A stretch of 64,000 nucleotides of DNA from an uncultured bacterium (GTDB lineage: Bacteria; Bacillota; Clostridia; Christensenellales; CAG-917). Under the pieces are notes generated by a model. The model saw nothing but the letters and a program-made list of their open reading frames with translations. It was not told the DNA's origin and searched no databases. Every line of letters begins with the position of its first letter. Position 1 is the stretch's first letter. The stretch is taken from assembly GCA_949432885.1 (NCBI GenBank), contig CASQXY010000002.1, positions 98,252-162,251 on the forward strand, in the 5' to 3' direction. Positions 45,068-54,078 of this stretch are shown here, piece after piece. The translations under genes were made by a program, and so were the position numbers.

Positions 45068-47350
45068 TTAGAAAATCGATTTTTTCAAATCACCGTCGGT
45101 GCAATGTACTACATATTTACCTGTGCCGGCATGCCACTGATTTCCTTTGTATATCTTTTTCCATTCCTTAGTTGTACCGAGATAGTTGATATCCATAAGT
45201 CTGCTACAACCCTTGAATGCACGGTAATCTATGCTCGCCACGCTGTTCGGGATCATAATACATGTAAGCTCGCTACATCCTTCAAACGCACTGTAACCTA
45301 TTTTGGTCGCGCCAATTGGAATCGTGATACCTTCAAGTTTGCTACATCCTAAAAAGGAATAATTGCCTATGCTAGTTACGCTTCCGTCATTAGGTATTAT
45401 GCTGTTTTGGCAACCGATAACTAACGTCTTGCTTGAAGTTTCTATTATACAGTTCCCATCACTATGGTATTTTGCATTACCTCTTGCAACCGTTAAATTT
45501 GTAAGCGAATCGCAATTGCTGAATGCGCTCCAAGCGATATCCGTTACGCTGTCGGACATGATTATGCTTGTAAGTTTGGCGCAACCCTCGAAGGCATTCC
45601 AGCCTATCCTTTTCACGGAATTGGGAATAAGAGCGTCTGTCAGATTCTCTTGATTTCTGAATTGACTGTCTTTTATTTCCGTTGTACCCTCGGGGACGAT
45701 ATAATTCGGTTTAACAATTTTTATGGGTGCGGGAGCAGCAGGCTTTGCGACGGGCGCGTTTTTGATGATATTTCCGTCAGAGCAGTGAACGGTATAATCC
45801 TTGGTTTGCAAATCCCAACCGTTTACTTTGGTTATAGCATTCCAGTCCGTTTTTGTGCCTTTATAGTATATGTGTTCGAGTTGCGAGCAAAACGAAAGAG
45901 AGTCCGCACAGATATCCGTTACGCTTCGTGGAATGGTTATGCTTTTCAGATTTTCACAGCCGTTGAGAATCCATTCGTTTATCATTTTCAAATTGTCGGG
46001 CAGCACAATATTTGTCAAGCCCGTATTGGAGAACGCATCTTCTCCGATTTCATGCACACTGACCGGAAGGCTGATAGCCGTTAAATTTATACAATTGTCA
46101 AACGCGAAATCGCCAATCGAAGTTACACCGTTGGGAATCTCAACCTTTGTCAATTCCGAACAATCGGCAAATGCAAAATTTCCGACGCGTTTCACCGTAT
46201 TCGGGAGAGCGATTTCCTTCAAATCGGTACGCTCCTGAAATTCGTAATCTCCTATTTCTTTTGTGCCGTAGGGAACAATATAGTTTTGCACCGCGTTTTC
46301 CTTAGCAAGTTTTTGGGTAGCAATTTGTTGATTTGTCGGTTGCATATCAGGCGCGTTTTGTCCTGCGAATTGCTTTGAAAACGCTTCCATCATTTCCGCT
46401 TTGATTTTTGCGGCAAGTTCCGCCTCTCTGTCCACGGGATTCAGTATAGCTTTCACTGCCTGCGTAAGATTGTACAGCAAGCCTATATCGTCTCTTATCC
46501 CTTGGCAGCTTCTCAGCTCGTCGGGAAGCTGTTCAGGTTGGAAGTTGTTGCGGAAGATTGGAATTATAGATTTAGTCTGTGAAGTCGTGTTGCTCATCAT
46601 CTTGAAGCGAGACCACTCGTTCTTTACCCACTGCGAATTTATGTACGCGCTCTGCGAACAAATTATTATCATAATCTTCGCCGTATACAGAGCATGGTAG
46701 ATATTCGGCTCATATTCTCTTACTACGATATTGTTCAAAGACCTCTCGCTGAAAAATACCCTGTAATCGTCGTTGAGTTTGTTGTATAAGTCCATTGCGA
46801 GCTGGTAATCCTTGGTGAGTTTGGACGGGTCTTTTGTGGAAGATTTCTTGAAGCAGATGAATATATCATACGGCTTGGTCGTCTCGTTTATAGTCCTGTA
46901 CTGCTTTTTCGCAAGGTGCATTTTGTTTACAAGACTTACGTACGTAGAAATATTCGCGGGATTAAACTTGTTCGCGTATGAAATAGTCTGTCCGTAATAT
47001 TCGGACTCGTCTATTTCGGTTGCGGATATATCGTAAAAAGAGGGGAATTGCTCGCCGTTCTGGTCAGTCTCGAACATAACGCGCTGTTCGCAGAGGAGTA
47101 AATTCCAATAAACGTCTGTCAGGTTATCCCCGTCATATTCTTTGAGGAGCTTTTTATAAAGTAGTTCCGCCTGTTTGAAATTGAGGCTTTCGCGAAAGGT
47201 GGAAGCCAGCTCTATATCATGATACAGATTGGCGTTGCGTTCGTTGAGCTCATAAACATTGTGACAGGAACGGCACTCGTAGTTATTTCCCGACAGCAGA
47301 TCCAATTTACCGCCGCAGGTAGGACATTTTTTTTGCGTGAATGTGGGCAT
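45068..47350 (-). CDS. cytoplasmic zinc-ribbon / TIR-domain / tandem BspA-type LRR protein
   Basis: 760 aa with no signal peptide or TM segment. CPTC...CRSC zinc ribbon (aa 9-29). TIR-like block at about aa 160-290 (nt ~46481-46873): YDIFICFKK, RVFFSERSL, KIMIIICS, SQWVKNEWSRF. Two LRR_5-like modules, each ending in a Y.GT...W......W....Y.VHC.DG cap. GAGGGA RBS. Confidence 0.85.
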   Translation of the reverse strand: MPTFTQKKCPTCGGKLDLLSGNNYECRSCHNVYELNERNANLYHDIELASTFRESLNFKQAELLYKKLLKEYDGDNLTDVYWNLLLCEQRVMFETDQNGEQFPSFYDISATEIDESEYYGQTISYANKFNPANISTYVSLVNKMHLAKKQYRTINETTKPYDIFICFKKSSTKDPSKLTKDYQLAMDLYNKLNDDYRVFFSERSLNNIVVREYEPNIYHALYTAKIMIIICSQSAYINSQWVKNEWSRFKMMSNTTSQTKSIIPIFRNNFQPEQLPDELRSCQGIRDDIGLLYNLTQAVKAILNPVDREAELAAKIKAEMMEAFSKQFAGQNAPDMQPTNQQIATQKLAKENAVQNYIVPYGTKEIGDYEFQERTDLKEIALPNTVKRVGNFAFADCSELTKVEIPNGVTSIGDFAFDNCINLTAISLPVSVHEIGEDAFSNTGLTNIVLPDNLKMINEWILNGCENLKSITIPRSVTDICADSLSFCSQLEHIYYKGTKTDWNAITKVNGWDLQTKDYTVHCSDGNIIKNAPVAKPAAPAPIKIVKPNYIVPEGTTEIKDSQFRNQENLTDALIPNSVKRIGWNAFEGCAKLTSIIMSDSVTDIAWSAFSNCDSLTNLTVARGNAKYHSDGNCIIETSSKTLVIGCQNSIIPNDGSVTSIGNYSFLGCSKLEGITIPIGATKIGYSAFEGCSELTCIMIPNSVASIDYRAFKGCSRLMDINYLGTTKEWKKIYKGNQWHAGTGKYVVHCTDGDLKKSIF

Positions 47351-47379
47351 ATTTCCCTCGCATGGTTTGAATTACATAA

Positions 47380-47409
47380 ATCGTATCACCGAGGAAAGAA
47401 AATTGTCAA
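47380..47409 (-). promoter_or_regulatory. candidate promoter of the TIR-LRR gene
   Basis: Minus strand: TTGACA (47409-47404), 18-nt spacer, TGaTACGAT (-10 hexamer at 47385-47380). Confidence 0.4.
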
Positions 47410-47556
47410 GCGAGGGTTGCCGAATATATGTGCTTGATAGAGTAAGTTGGATCTATTCACTCGCACAAAGTGTGAGACATTCGGCGTCATCGCATATTTA
47501 GATCTGACAAACAAAACGCGCGAATTTACTTCGCGTTCTGGGTTCCCGCAAACGTC

Positions 47557-47610
47557 TATTGTTCCGTTGAACAAAAACACATCCTGCTGAACGATGCCGA
47601 CCTGTTTGCG
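47557..47610 (-). pseudogene. relic of a second ABC-transporter gene (Q-loop fragment only)
   Basis: The minus strand reads CGCAAACAGGTCGGCATCGTTCAGCAGGATGTGTTTTTGTTCAACGGAACAATA (..KQVGIVQQDVFLFNGTI..). This is roughly 85% identical by hand alignment to 44400-44453 of the intact ABC gene (RKNIGIVQQDVFLFNGTI). No similarity extends on either side. Confidence 0.7.
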
Positions 47611-47655
47611 GGGCAAATGGGTTACGGTTGGCGAAAAAATATATTATATAGATGT

Positions 47656-47684
47656 TTGACATATCTTGCGTAAATAAGTAAAAT
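47656..47684 (+). promoter_or_regulatory. sigma-A-type promoter of glgP
   Basis: TTGACA (47656-47661), 17-nt spacer, TAAAAT (47679-47684). Confidence 0.6.
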
Positions 47685-47778
47685 ATTAGTCGGTTGCGTT
47701 AATAATATGTTTGAATATATTATAATAAGGCATAATTTACTTTCGTCCGGGGGGGAAAGCGGAAGGAAGGTAGGTAAT

Positions 47779-50205
47779 ATGAAATACAACGTCACTTCAA
47801 AGGAATTTTCCTCTCAGCTGTCCTCGTGCCTTGCAAGGTACTTCGGCGTTAAGCCCGAGGACGCGAGCAAAACTCAGATTTACAGAGCCACCTGCATGTG
47901 CGTAAGAGACATACTCACTCAGACGCGCGTCAATTTCAAAAAGCGGGTGCGAGAGAAAAACGCAAAGCAGATTTACTATATGTCCATGGAATTTCTGCTC
48001 GGCAGGTCTCTTCGCAATCACCTGTTCAATATGGGGATTACGGACGAGGTCACAAAGGCAGTTGAAAGCCTCGGCGTGAGCATGGACGAGATATATGCCT
48101 ACGAGCCCGATGCGGGTCTCGGCAACGGCGGCTTAGGAAGACTCGCCGCGGCTTATATGGACGCTCTCACCTCGCTCGGCTATGCGGCAAGCGGATTTTC
48201 CATACTTTACGATTACGGTCTTTTCAAGCAGATTATCGTTGACGGTTGGCAGTTGGAGCAGCCCGACGACTGGCTTAAAATGGGCGACGTATGGCTTGCG
48301 CCCAGACACGAGGAGATGTACACCGTCAAGTTCGGCGGTCACGTTGACCAAACTTGGGAAAACGGCAAGCTCACCGTCAATCAGCGCGATTGCACGATTG
48401 TCAACGCAATCCCTTATGATATGAATATTTCCGGCTACGACACAAAGACGGTCAATCGCATAAGGTTTTGGCATTCGGAGGCTCCGCAGGATTTTGATAT
48501 CCATATGTTCAGCAAGGGAGAGTATGTCAAGGCGAGTGCGGCGAAAGCGGTTGCGGAATCCATCAACAAGGTGCTTTATCCCGCAGACGACCATATCGAA
48601 GGTAAGTCGCTGAGACTCAAACAGCAGTATTTCTTTGTTTCCGCTTCGATACAGAGTATTCTTCACAGACATCTGAAAACAAATCCGTCGCTCGACAATC
48701 TGCCCGATTGCGTGGCAATACACATCAACGATACCCACCCCACGCTGTGCATTCCCGAGCTCATGCGCCTGCTTCTCGACGAGTACGGCTACGGCTGGGA
48801 CGAGGCGTGGAATATTACCTCGCATACGGTTTCGTACACCAACCATACGGTTATGGCTGAGGCGCTAGAAAAATGGCCGCAGGAGCTGTTTGCAAGTCTG
48901 CTGCCCCGTATATTCCAAATTGTGCATGAGATAAACCAACGTTTCTGCGACGAGCTTTGGAAATATTATCCCAACAACTGGGACGTCGTGTCACGCAACG
49001 CGGTGCTGTCGGGCGGACAGGTGAAAATGGCAAACCTCTGTCTTGCGACCTCTCATACGATAAACGGCGTTTCGGCTTTGCACAGCGACATACTCAAACA
49101 TGACGTGTTTGCGGACTATTTCAGAATGCACCCCGAAAAATTCACCAATGTCACGAACGGCATAACTCACCGCCGTTGGGTATCGCAGGCAAATCCCCGT
49201 TTGGCTTCCTTTATAACGGAGCTTATCGGAGATAAGTGGCTCAAAGACGCCGACCATTTGCAGGAATTGCAAAAGTTTATGGGCGACAGACAGGCGCTCG
49301 ACCGCCTCGCGCAAATCAAACTCGCAAACAAAGAGGATTTGGCAAAGTATATTTCCGAAAACTGCAAGGTGTCCGTCGACCCCGAAAGTATATTCGACGT
49401 ACAGGTTAAAAGATTGCACGAGTATAAGAGACAGCTGCTCAATGCGCTCAATATTCTAGATTTGTATTTCCGCATAAAAGATAATCCCAATCTCGACGTA
49501 CAGCCGCGTACGTTTATCTTCGGCGCAAAGGCTGCGAGCGCGTATTATATGGCAAAGCAGATTATCCGCTTTATATGTACGCTCGGCGACGTTGTGAACA
49601 ACGACGCCGATATCAAAGGCAAGATAAAGGTGGTATTCCTCGAAAACTACCGCGTCACTCTTGCAGAGATGATTATGCCTGCGTCCGAGGTGAGCGAACA
49701 GATTTCTCTCGCAGGTAAAGAGGCCAGCGGCACGGGAAATATGAAGTTTATGATAAACGGCGCGCTGACGATAGGCACGCTCGACGGTGCGAACGTCGAG
49801 ATACATCAAGAGGTCGGCGACGAAAATATGTTCCTCTTCGGTCTGCTTACGGAGGAGGTCAACGAGATGTGGAGAAACGGCTACAACCCGTCTCACTATT
49901 ATCAGACCAATCCTCGTATCAGACGGCTTATCGACGCGCTTCGTCATGGGCTTAACGGAATTTCCTTCGGCGAAATCGCGGATTCGCTCATCACGGGTCG
50001 CGGAGGTCAACCCGACGGATATATGGTGCTCGCGGACTTCGATAGCTATGTCAACGCGCAGGATAAAGTCAACGCTACCTATTGCGACAAAGAGAGATGG
50101 AACAGAATGTCACTTGTCAATATCGCAAAGGCAGGCTTCTTTGCGGCGGACAGAGCGGTGGAGGAGTATGCGAAGAGGATTTGGGGGCTTAAACCCATAA
50201 AATAA
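47779..50205 (+). CDS. glgP: glycogen/maltodextrin phosphorylase
   Basis: ORF 47707..50205. The ATG at 47779 follows GGAAGGTAGG. GLGNGGLGRLAA, PLP-lysine block EASGTGNMKFMINGALTIGTLDGANVE. Confidence 0.94.
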   Translation: MKYNVTSKEFSSQLSSCLARYFGVKPEDASKTQIYRATCMCVRDILTQTRVNFKKRVREKNAKQIYYMSMEFLLGRSLRNHLFNMGITDEVTKAVESLGVSMDEIYAYEPDAGLGNGGLGRLAAAYMDALTSLGYAASGFSILYDYGLFKQIIVDGWQLEQPDDWLKMGDVWLAPRHEEMYTVKFGGHVDQTWENGKLTVNQRDCTIVNAIPYDMNISGYDTKTVNRIRFWHSEAPQDFDIHMFSKGEYVKASAAKAVAESINKVLYPADDHIEGKSLRLKQQYFFVSASIQSILHRHLKTNPSLDNLPDCVAIHINDTHPTLCIPELMRLLLDEYGYGWDEAWNITSHTVSYTNHTVMAEALEKWPQELFASLLPRIFQIVHEINQRFCDELWKYYPNNWDVVSRNAVLSGGQVKMANLCLATSHTINGVSALHSDILKHDVFADYFRMHPEKFTNVTNGITHRRWVSQANPRLASFITELIGDKWLKDADHLQELQKFMGDRQALDRLAQIKLANKEDLAKYISENCKVSVDPESIFDVQVKRLHEYKRQLLNALNILDLYFRIKDNPNLDVQPRTFIFGAKAASAYYMAKQIIRFICTLGDVVNNDADIKGKIKVVFLENYRVTLAEMIMPASEVSEQISLAGKEASGTGNMKFMINGALTIGTLDGANVEIHQEVGDENMFLFGLLTEEVNEMWRNGYNPSHYYQTNPRIRRLIDALRHGLNGISFGEIADSLITGRGGQPDGYMVLADFDSYVNAQDKVNATYCDKERWNRMSLVNIAKAGFFAADRAVEEYAKRIWGLKPIK

Positions 50206-50230
50206 CGTATTGCGCCGTGTAACAGCGACA

Positions 50231-50277
50231 AAAGCGTTTCTGCCAACCGAGATATACGTGACCGGCAGAAACGCTTT
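50231..50277. terminator. bidirectional terminator after glgP
   Basis: AAAGCGTTTCTGCC (50231-50244) pairs with GGCAGAAACGCTTT (50264-50277), then a T-run. Confidence 0.7.
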
Positions 50278-50355
50278 TTATGTTTTCTATATCCAGAAAT
50301 AATAAATTTTTGATTTAAATACTTTCCCTATGCGGAGCGGAGTTGTCCCAAAATA

Positions 50356-51792
50356 TCAAATTATCGCCGTATCGTTTGTCCAACCGCTCACAATGCTTTC
50401 TATGTCGTAGCCCTGCGTTTTGAAGGCGGAGCAGAGCGACTGTTCGTTTGCAATACTCAGCATGTTGTCTTTATAGTACTGTTTCAGAGCCGCTTGGAAT
50501 TTTTCGTCTCCGACGAGAGTTCGCAGAGTATCGAAGAGCAACGCGCCCTTATAATACGTGACTGCGACATACTCGCCCTCCGTGAGATAGGTGGAAAGAT
50601 GTCTGTTCATTCTGCCGTCGAAGCCGACCGTCGGTTTGAGCGCGGAAAAAGAGGAGTATGAGCGTGAGATTTCCGACATCGCGGCTGTGTGCGCGGTGCG
50701 GTCACCCGACAGATAATGGAAATAATAGGTGCAGAACTCCGTAAGCCCCTCGTCCAGCCAAGCGGAGTTGAGCTGGTCGCTGCCGACCGCGTCATACCAC
50801 CACTGGTGAGCCGTCTCGTGGGTTATGGTATCCAAATAGCTCTCATAGGACGGAGTGGGGGATACGAGGACGAAAGAACCGTATTCCATGCCGCCCGCGT
50901 TTTGCAGGTTGCTTTCGACGACCGTAAACGACGAGTGGGAGTAATCTCCGAACGCCTGCGAAAATACGGCGATTGAGCTTACCGCGCGTTCCAAGGAAGC
51001 GGTCGGGTTTTTGTCGGAGTAATAGCAGTAATTGACCGTTACTTCTTTTTCATGCAATCGGACGGATTCCGACAGGGACTCGAACTGTCCCGCCGCCATT
51101 CCGAAATCACGTATGTTTTCCGCGGATATTTCCACCGTCTTTTTACCTTTCGCGCCGCGTCGCTCGACGCCTACGATTTCGCCGCTGGACGCAACGTTGA
51201 TATTTTCATCGACGGTCAGGTTTACGTAAAAAGAAGATATATCGCTGAAAAACGGGTCTCCGAATGAGGAGTAGCAATCCTCGCGCCAGCCGCCATCATA
51301 TCTTGCGAGCACGGGATAGAAGCAGGTGAGATTGACAATGCCGTCCTCCGTTACGCCCAGCCTAGAATCGGAGTGAGGAAGTCTTACCGTATACTTGCAT
51401 GAGATTATGTATGTGGAGTTCTCAATGAACGGATATATTGCTTTGAGAAGAGTCCTGTCTTCGCCGTATATCTCGTAATCGACGGTTTGTCTGTCGATTT
51501 GAAGAGATAAAATGTCTATTGCGTTATAACTTTGTGAAAATGCGTTCGCGTATATATGCAAAACCGCGCAATCGGAGTCTTGACGGGCGGTGTAAAGAAT
51601 CTCCTGCGAAGCGGAGAGAGTGGAGGTCTCGACGTCATATTCGGCGGAGATGTCATAGCATGGGGAGGAATCCCGTTCTGTCGCGTCCTTGCGGTTGCAC
51701 GCGGTGATCAGCAGGCATATCGCCGCGCATATCAGCGAACAGACAAGCAGAGAGACGGCGCGTATTTTTTTGTTGTTGAAATTTTTTGACAT
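50356..51792 (-). CDS. M1-family (gluzincin) metallopeptidase lipoprotein
   Basis: 478 aa. Lipobox LLITAC. HETAH-X18-E zinc motif (HETAHQWWYDAVGSDQLNSAWLDEGLTEF). Confidence 0.85.
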   Translation of the reverse strand: MSKNFNNKKIRAVSLLVCSLICAAICLLITACNRKDATERDSSPCYDISAEYDVETSTLSASQEILYTARQDSDCAVLHIYANAFSQSYNAIDILSLQIDRQTVDYEIYGEDRTLLKAIYPFIENSTYIISCKYTVRLPHSDSRLGVTEDGIVNLTCFYPVLARYDGGWREDCYSSFGDPFFSDISSFYVNLTVDENINVASSGEIVGVERRGAKGKKTVEISAENIRDFGMAAGQFESLSESVRLHEKEVTVNYCYYSDKNPTASLERAVSSIAVFSQAFGDYSHSSFTVVESNLQNAGGMEYGSFVLVSPTPSYESYLDTITHETAHQWWYDAVGSDQLNSAWLDEGLTEFCTYYFHYLSGDRTAHTAAMSEISRSYSSFSALKPTVGFDGRMNRHLSTYLTEGEYVAVTYYKGALLFDTLRTLVGDEKFQAALKQYYKDNMLSIANEQSLCSAFKTQGYDIESIVSGWTNDTAII

Positions 51793-51853
51793 AATCGTTT
51801 GATTTCTTTATATGACGGTGCGGTACAATACTATTTTGCAATACTTTCCCAAG

Positions 51854-52855
51854 TCAGTTGTTTTCGCGCTTTTTGGGCGAGGGCTTTACGCTGTTGAGCG
51901 TGAGCTCTACAAGTTTTCCCGCGCGTCTTGCTTTTTCTACTATAACGTCGGAAACGGCGCTGCCTTCGGTAGCGATAAGCTCTCCCGTGTATGTGCGCAG
52001 GTCTGCACCGAGCGTTCTGCCGAGCAGAAATTCGTAATCGCAAATTATTCTGGTCGGAGTGTGCGAGTCTTCGTCGTAGGAATACGCGTCGGAGCCGTCG
52101 AGTATCATACGGAAAGCTCCGTTTGAAAGCACGGGTTCGCGGTTGTCGGCGGACAGAGCGACGGCGGGAGCGGGGCGCGCTTCGGAAACGGCGTAGCTGT
52201 CCGATTGCGGCGCGGAAGCAGTCTGTGCGCCGCCCGTTTGCGAAATCGCGTCCGAGGCGGTCGCGTCGGTTTTTGTACGCAATGGAGCTTCGTTTGCGGA
52301 TTGCGCGGTCTGTGCGTATGCGGGAACGTCTCCGGCCGAATCCGTTTTATCGGCGTTGCCGTCGAGGATATGGACGGGATAATCAAACTCGGGTTTCGGT
52401 ATGCGCGCCGCCCGTTTTTTGCGGTTTGCGGCGGGTTTGACCGCATTTTTCAGCAAAATCACGTCGCCTATTGCGGATATGGAGGGAGGAGTGAATTCCC
52501 ACTCTCCGCAAACAAGCCGAATCACCTTTCCCGCGGGAGTAAACAAAACGTCGGAAAGCGTGCCTTTGAGTGTGCCTGTCTGCGTATAGACGGGCATATT
52601 TTTCAATCCGCTTTTGAAGGTCTCTCCGTTCGGAGCTGTAAGCGCGCTTTCATCCGCGACGATAACCGCGTCGGATACGCTTCCCGCGCTTTCTATCGGG
52701 AGCAGTGCCGCGTCGTTTTTCAGAGGCTGCTGTATGTAAAAATATACAGCTTTCTTACAGTTTGAGTCAAAATATACATCGCTCACATTTCCTATTATGC
52801 AAGACGTGGCAAGCGATAGCACGGGTCTTCCGATGACCGAGGAAAGTTCAATCAT
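51854..52855 (-). CDS. PRC-barrel-domain protein with low-complexity linker
   Basis: 333 aa. Two N-terminal PRC-barrel-like units (VIGRPVLSLATSCIIGNVSDVYFD..., MPVYTQTGTLKGTLSDVLF...), an Ala/Pro/Ser-rich linker and a C-terminal conserved block. GAGGTG RBS. Confidence 0.7.
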   Translation of the reverse strand: MIELSSVIGRPVLSLATSCIIGNVSDVYFDSNCKKAVYFYIQQPLKNDAALLPIESAGSVSDAVIVADESALTAPNGETFKSGLKNMPVYTQTGTLKGTLSDVLFTPAGKVIRLVCGEWEFTPPSISAIGDVILLKNAVKPAANRKKRAARIPKPEFDYPVHILDGNADKTDSAGDVPAYAQTAQSANEAPLRTKTDATASDAISQTGGAQTASAPQSDSYAVSEARPAPAVALSADNREPVLSNGAFRMILDGSDAYSYDEDSHTPTRIICDYEFLLGRTLGADLRTYTGELIATEGSAVSDVIVEKARRAGKLVELTLNSVKPSPKKRENN

Positions 52856-53036
52856 AATATCACCTCGTCAAAGTTTATGCGAAAGGCTTGCGGTATATGC
52901 GTTGACATATTTTCAGTATCCCGCGTTTAGATATCGCAAAATATGTCGAAAATAGGCATTTTTTGCGCTCGTGTGATAAAATATTATGCCGCGGAGTATG
53001 CTGTATACGGTGAATTTGTTCGGCATAAAACGGGGG

Positions 53037-53092
53037 TTGTCCACGGAGTTGTCCACATTTGCGAGTCAGAATGTGGATAACTTTGTGGATAG
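53037..53092. promoter_or_regulatory. cluster of four DnaA boxes
   Basis: TTGTCCACG (53037-53045), TTGTCCACA (53049-53057), TGTGGATAA (53072-53080, the perfect complement of TTATCCACA) and TGTGGATAG (53084-53092). Two are forward and two reverse, within 56 bp of the divergent PRC-barrel/cwlD-like intergenic region. Confidence 0.7.
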
Positions 53093-53138
53093 GTATGCAT
53101 TTTTATGCCGCATTGAATAAGTTCAACATTGAAACAAT

Positions 53139-53852
53139 ATGCATAATACAGTGAGTAAAAAAGCATGGATTTTCAAAGCGGCGGCGATGGCATTGAGCGC
53201 GGTATTCGTAGCGCTTGCGCTTACGACGCCGTTTATTATTGTCTCGGTATCCGACGGCGCGCGCACCGTAGTCGTTGTGGACGCCGGACACGGCGGCGCG
53301 GACGGCGGAGTTATAGGCAGACGTACGGGAGTTAAGGAAAGTGAACTCAATCTCAAAGTGGCGAAGCTATTGGGCGAGTATCTTGCAAGCGGCGGATATA
53401 AGGTGGTGTACACGAGGCGCAACGACACGATGCACACTTTCCCGGGGGTGTCCAACAGAAAGCGAGCGGATATGTTCAAAAGAGGGGAAATTATCAACAA
53501 CGCAAAGCCCGCGGCTATGGTCAGCGTGCATATGAATTATTATTCGGCCTCGTCACGCCGCGGCGCGCAGGTGTTTTTCGACAGGACGGACGACGGCGGC
53601 AGGGCGTTTGCGAATATTATGCAGGACACGCTTAACCGCGACGTGAACAGCGTGGGCGGCGGCAGGGAGTACAGCGCGCTGTCCGCGGAAAAATATCTGC
53701 TTTCTTGCAGTCCCTATCCGAGCATAATCGTGGAGTGCGGATTCCTCAGCAATCCTTTCGACGAGGAAAATCTCGTCCGCGCGGACTATCAGGCGAATCT
53801 TGCCTATACGCTGTATCTCGGCATAGTGGAGTTTCTGAACACGGAGTCGTAA
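53139..53852 (+). CDS. cwlD: N-acetylmuramoyl-L-alanine amidase (Amidase_3; CwlD-like germination amidase)
   Basis: 237 aa. N-terminal anchor. VVVDAGHGGADGGV, ESELNLKVA, VSVHMN, GFLSN blocks. The short single-domain form is typical of CwlD. Confidence 0.8.
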   Translation: MHNTVSKKAWIFKAAAMALSAVFVALALTTPFIIVSVSDGARTVVVVDAGHGGADGGVIGRRTGVKESELNLKVAKLLGEYLASGGYKVVYTRRNDTMHTFPGVSNRKRADMFKRGEIINNAKPAAMVSVHMNYYSASSRRGAQVFFDRTDDGGRAFANIMQDTLNRDVNSVGGGREYSALSAEKYLLSCSPYPSIIVECGFLSNPFDEENLVRADYQANLAYTLYLGIVEFLNTES

Positions 53853-54078
53853 ACAAAATGCCGAAAGCGCTTTTACGCACGGTAAATCAGATATTTGTTG
53901 ATATTTGCAACGGTTTGATTGTATGACCGCATAAAGACGGATGTCAAACTCGAAAAAGGATATGGATACGCGCCGGCTCTGCGTCTTACGCCGATTGCGC
54001 ACGGCGTAAAAATTAAAGCGGGAATTTTCGGTGATATTATTATTGATTTATATATTTATTTAGTATACAATACTAGCT

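Noticed and set aside
53037-53092. DnaA-box cluster as the chromosomal origin oriC.
   Set aside because: No dnaA, dnaN or rpmH is nearby, no obvious AT-rich DUE with 13-mer-like repeats is present, and there are only four boxes. It is treated as a secondary DnaA-box cluster pending GC-skew analysis.
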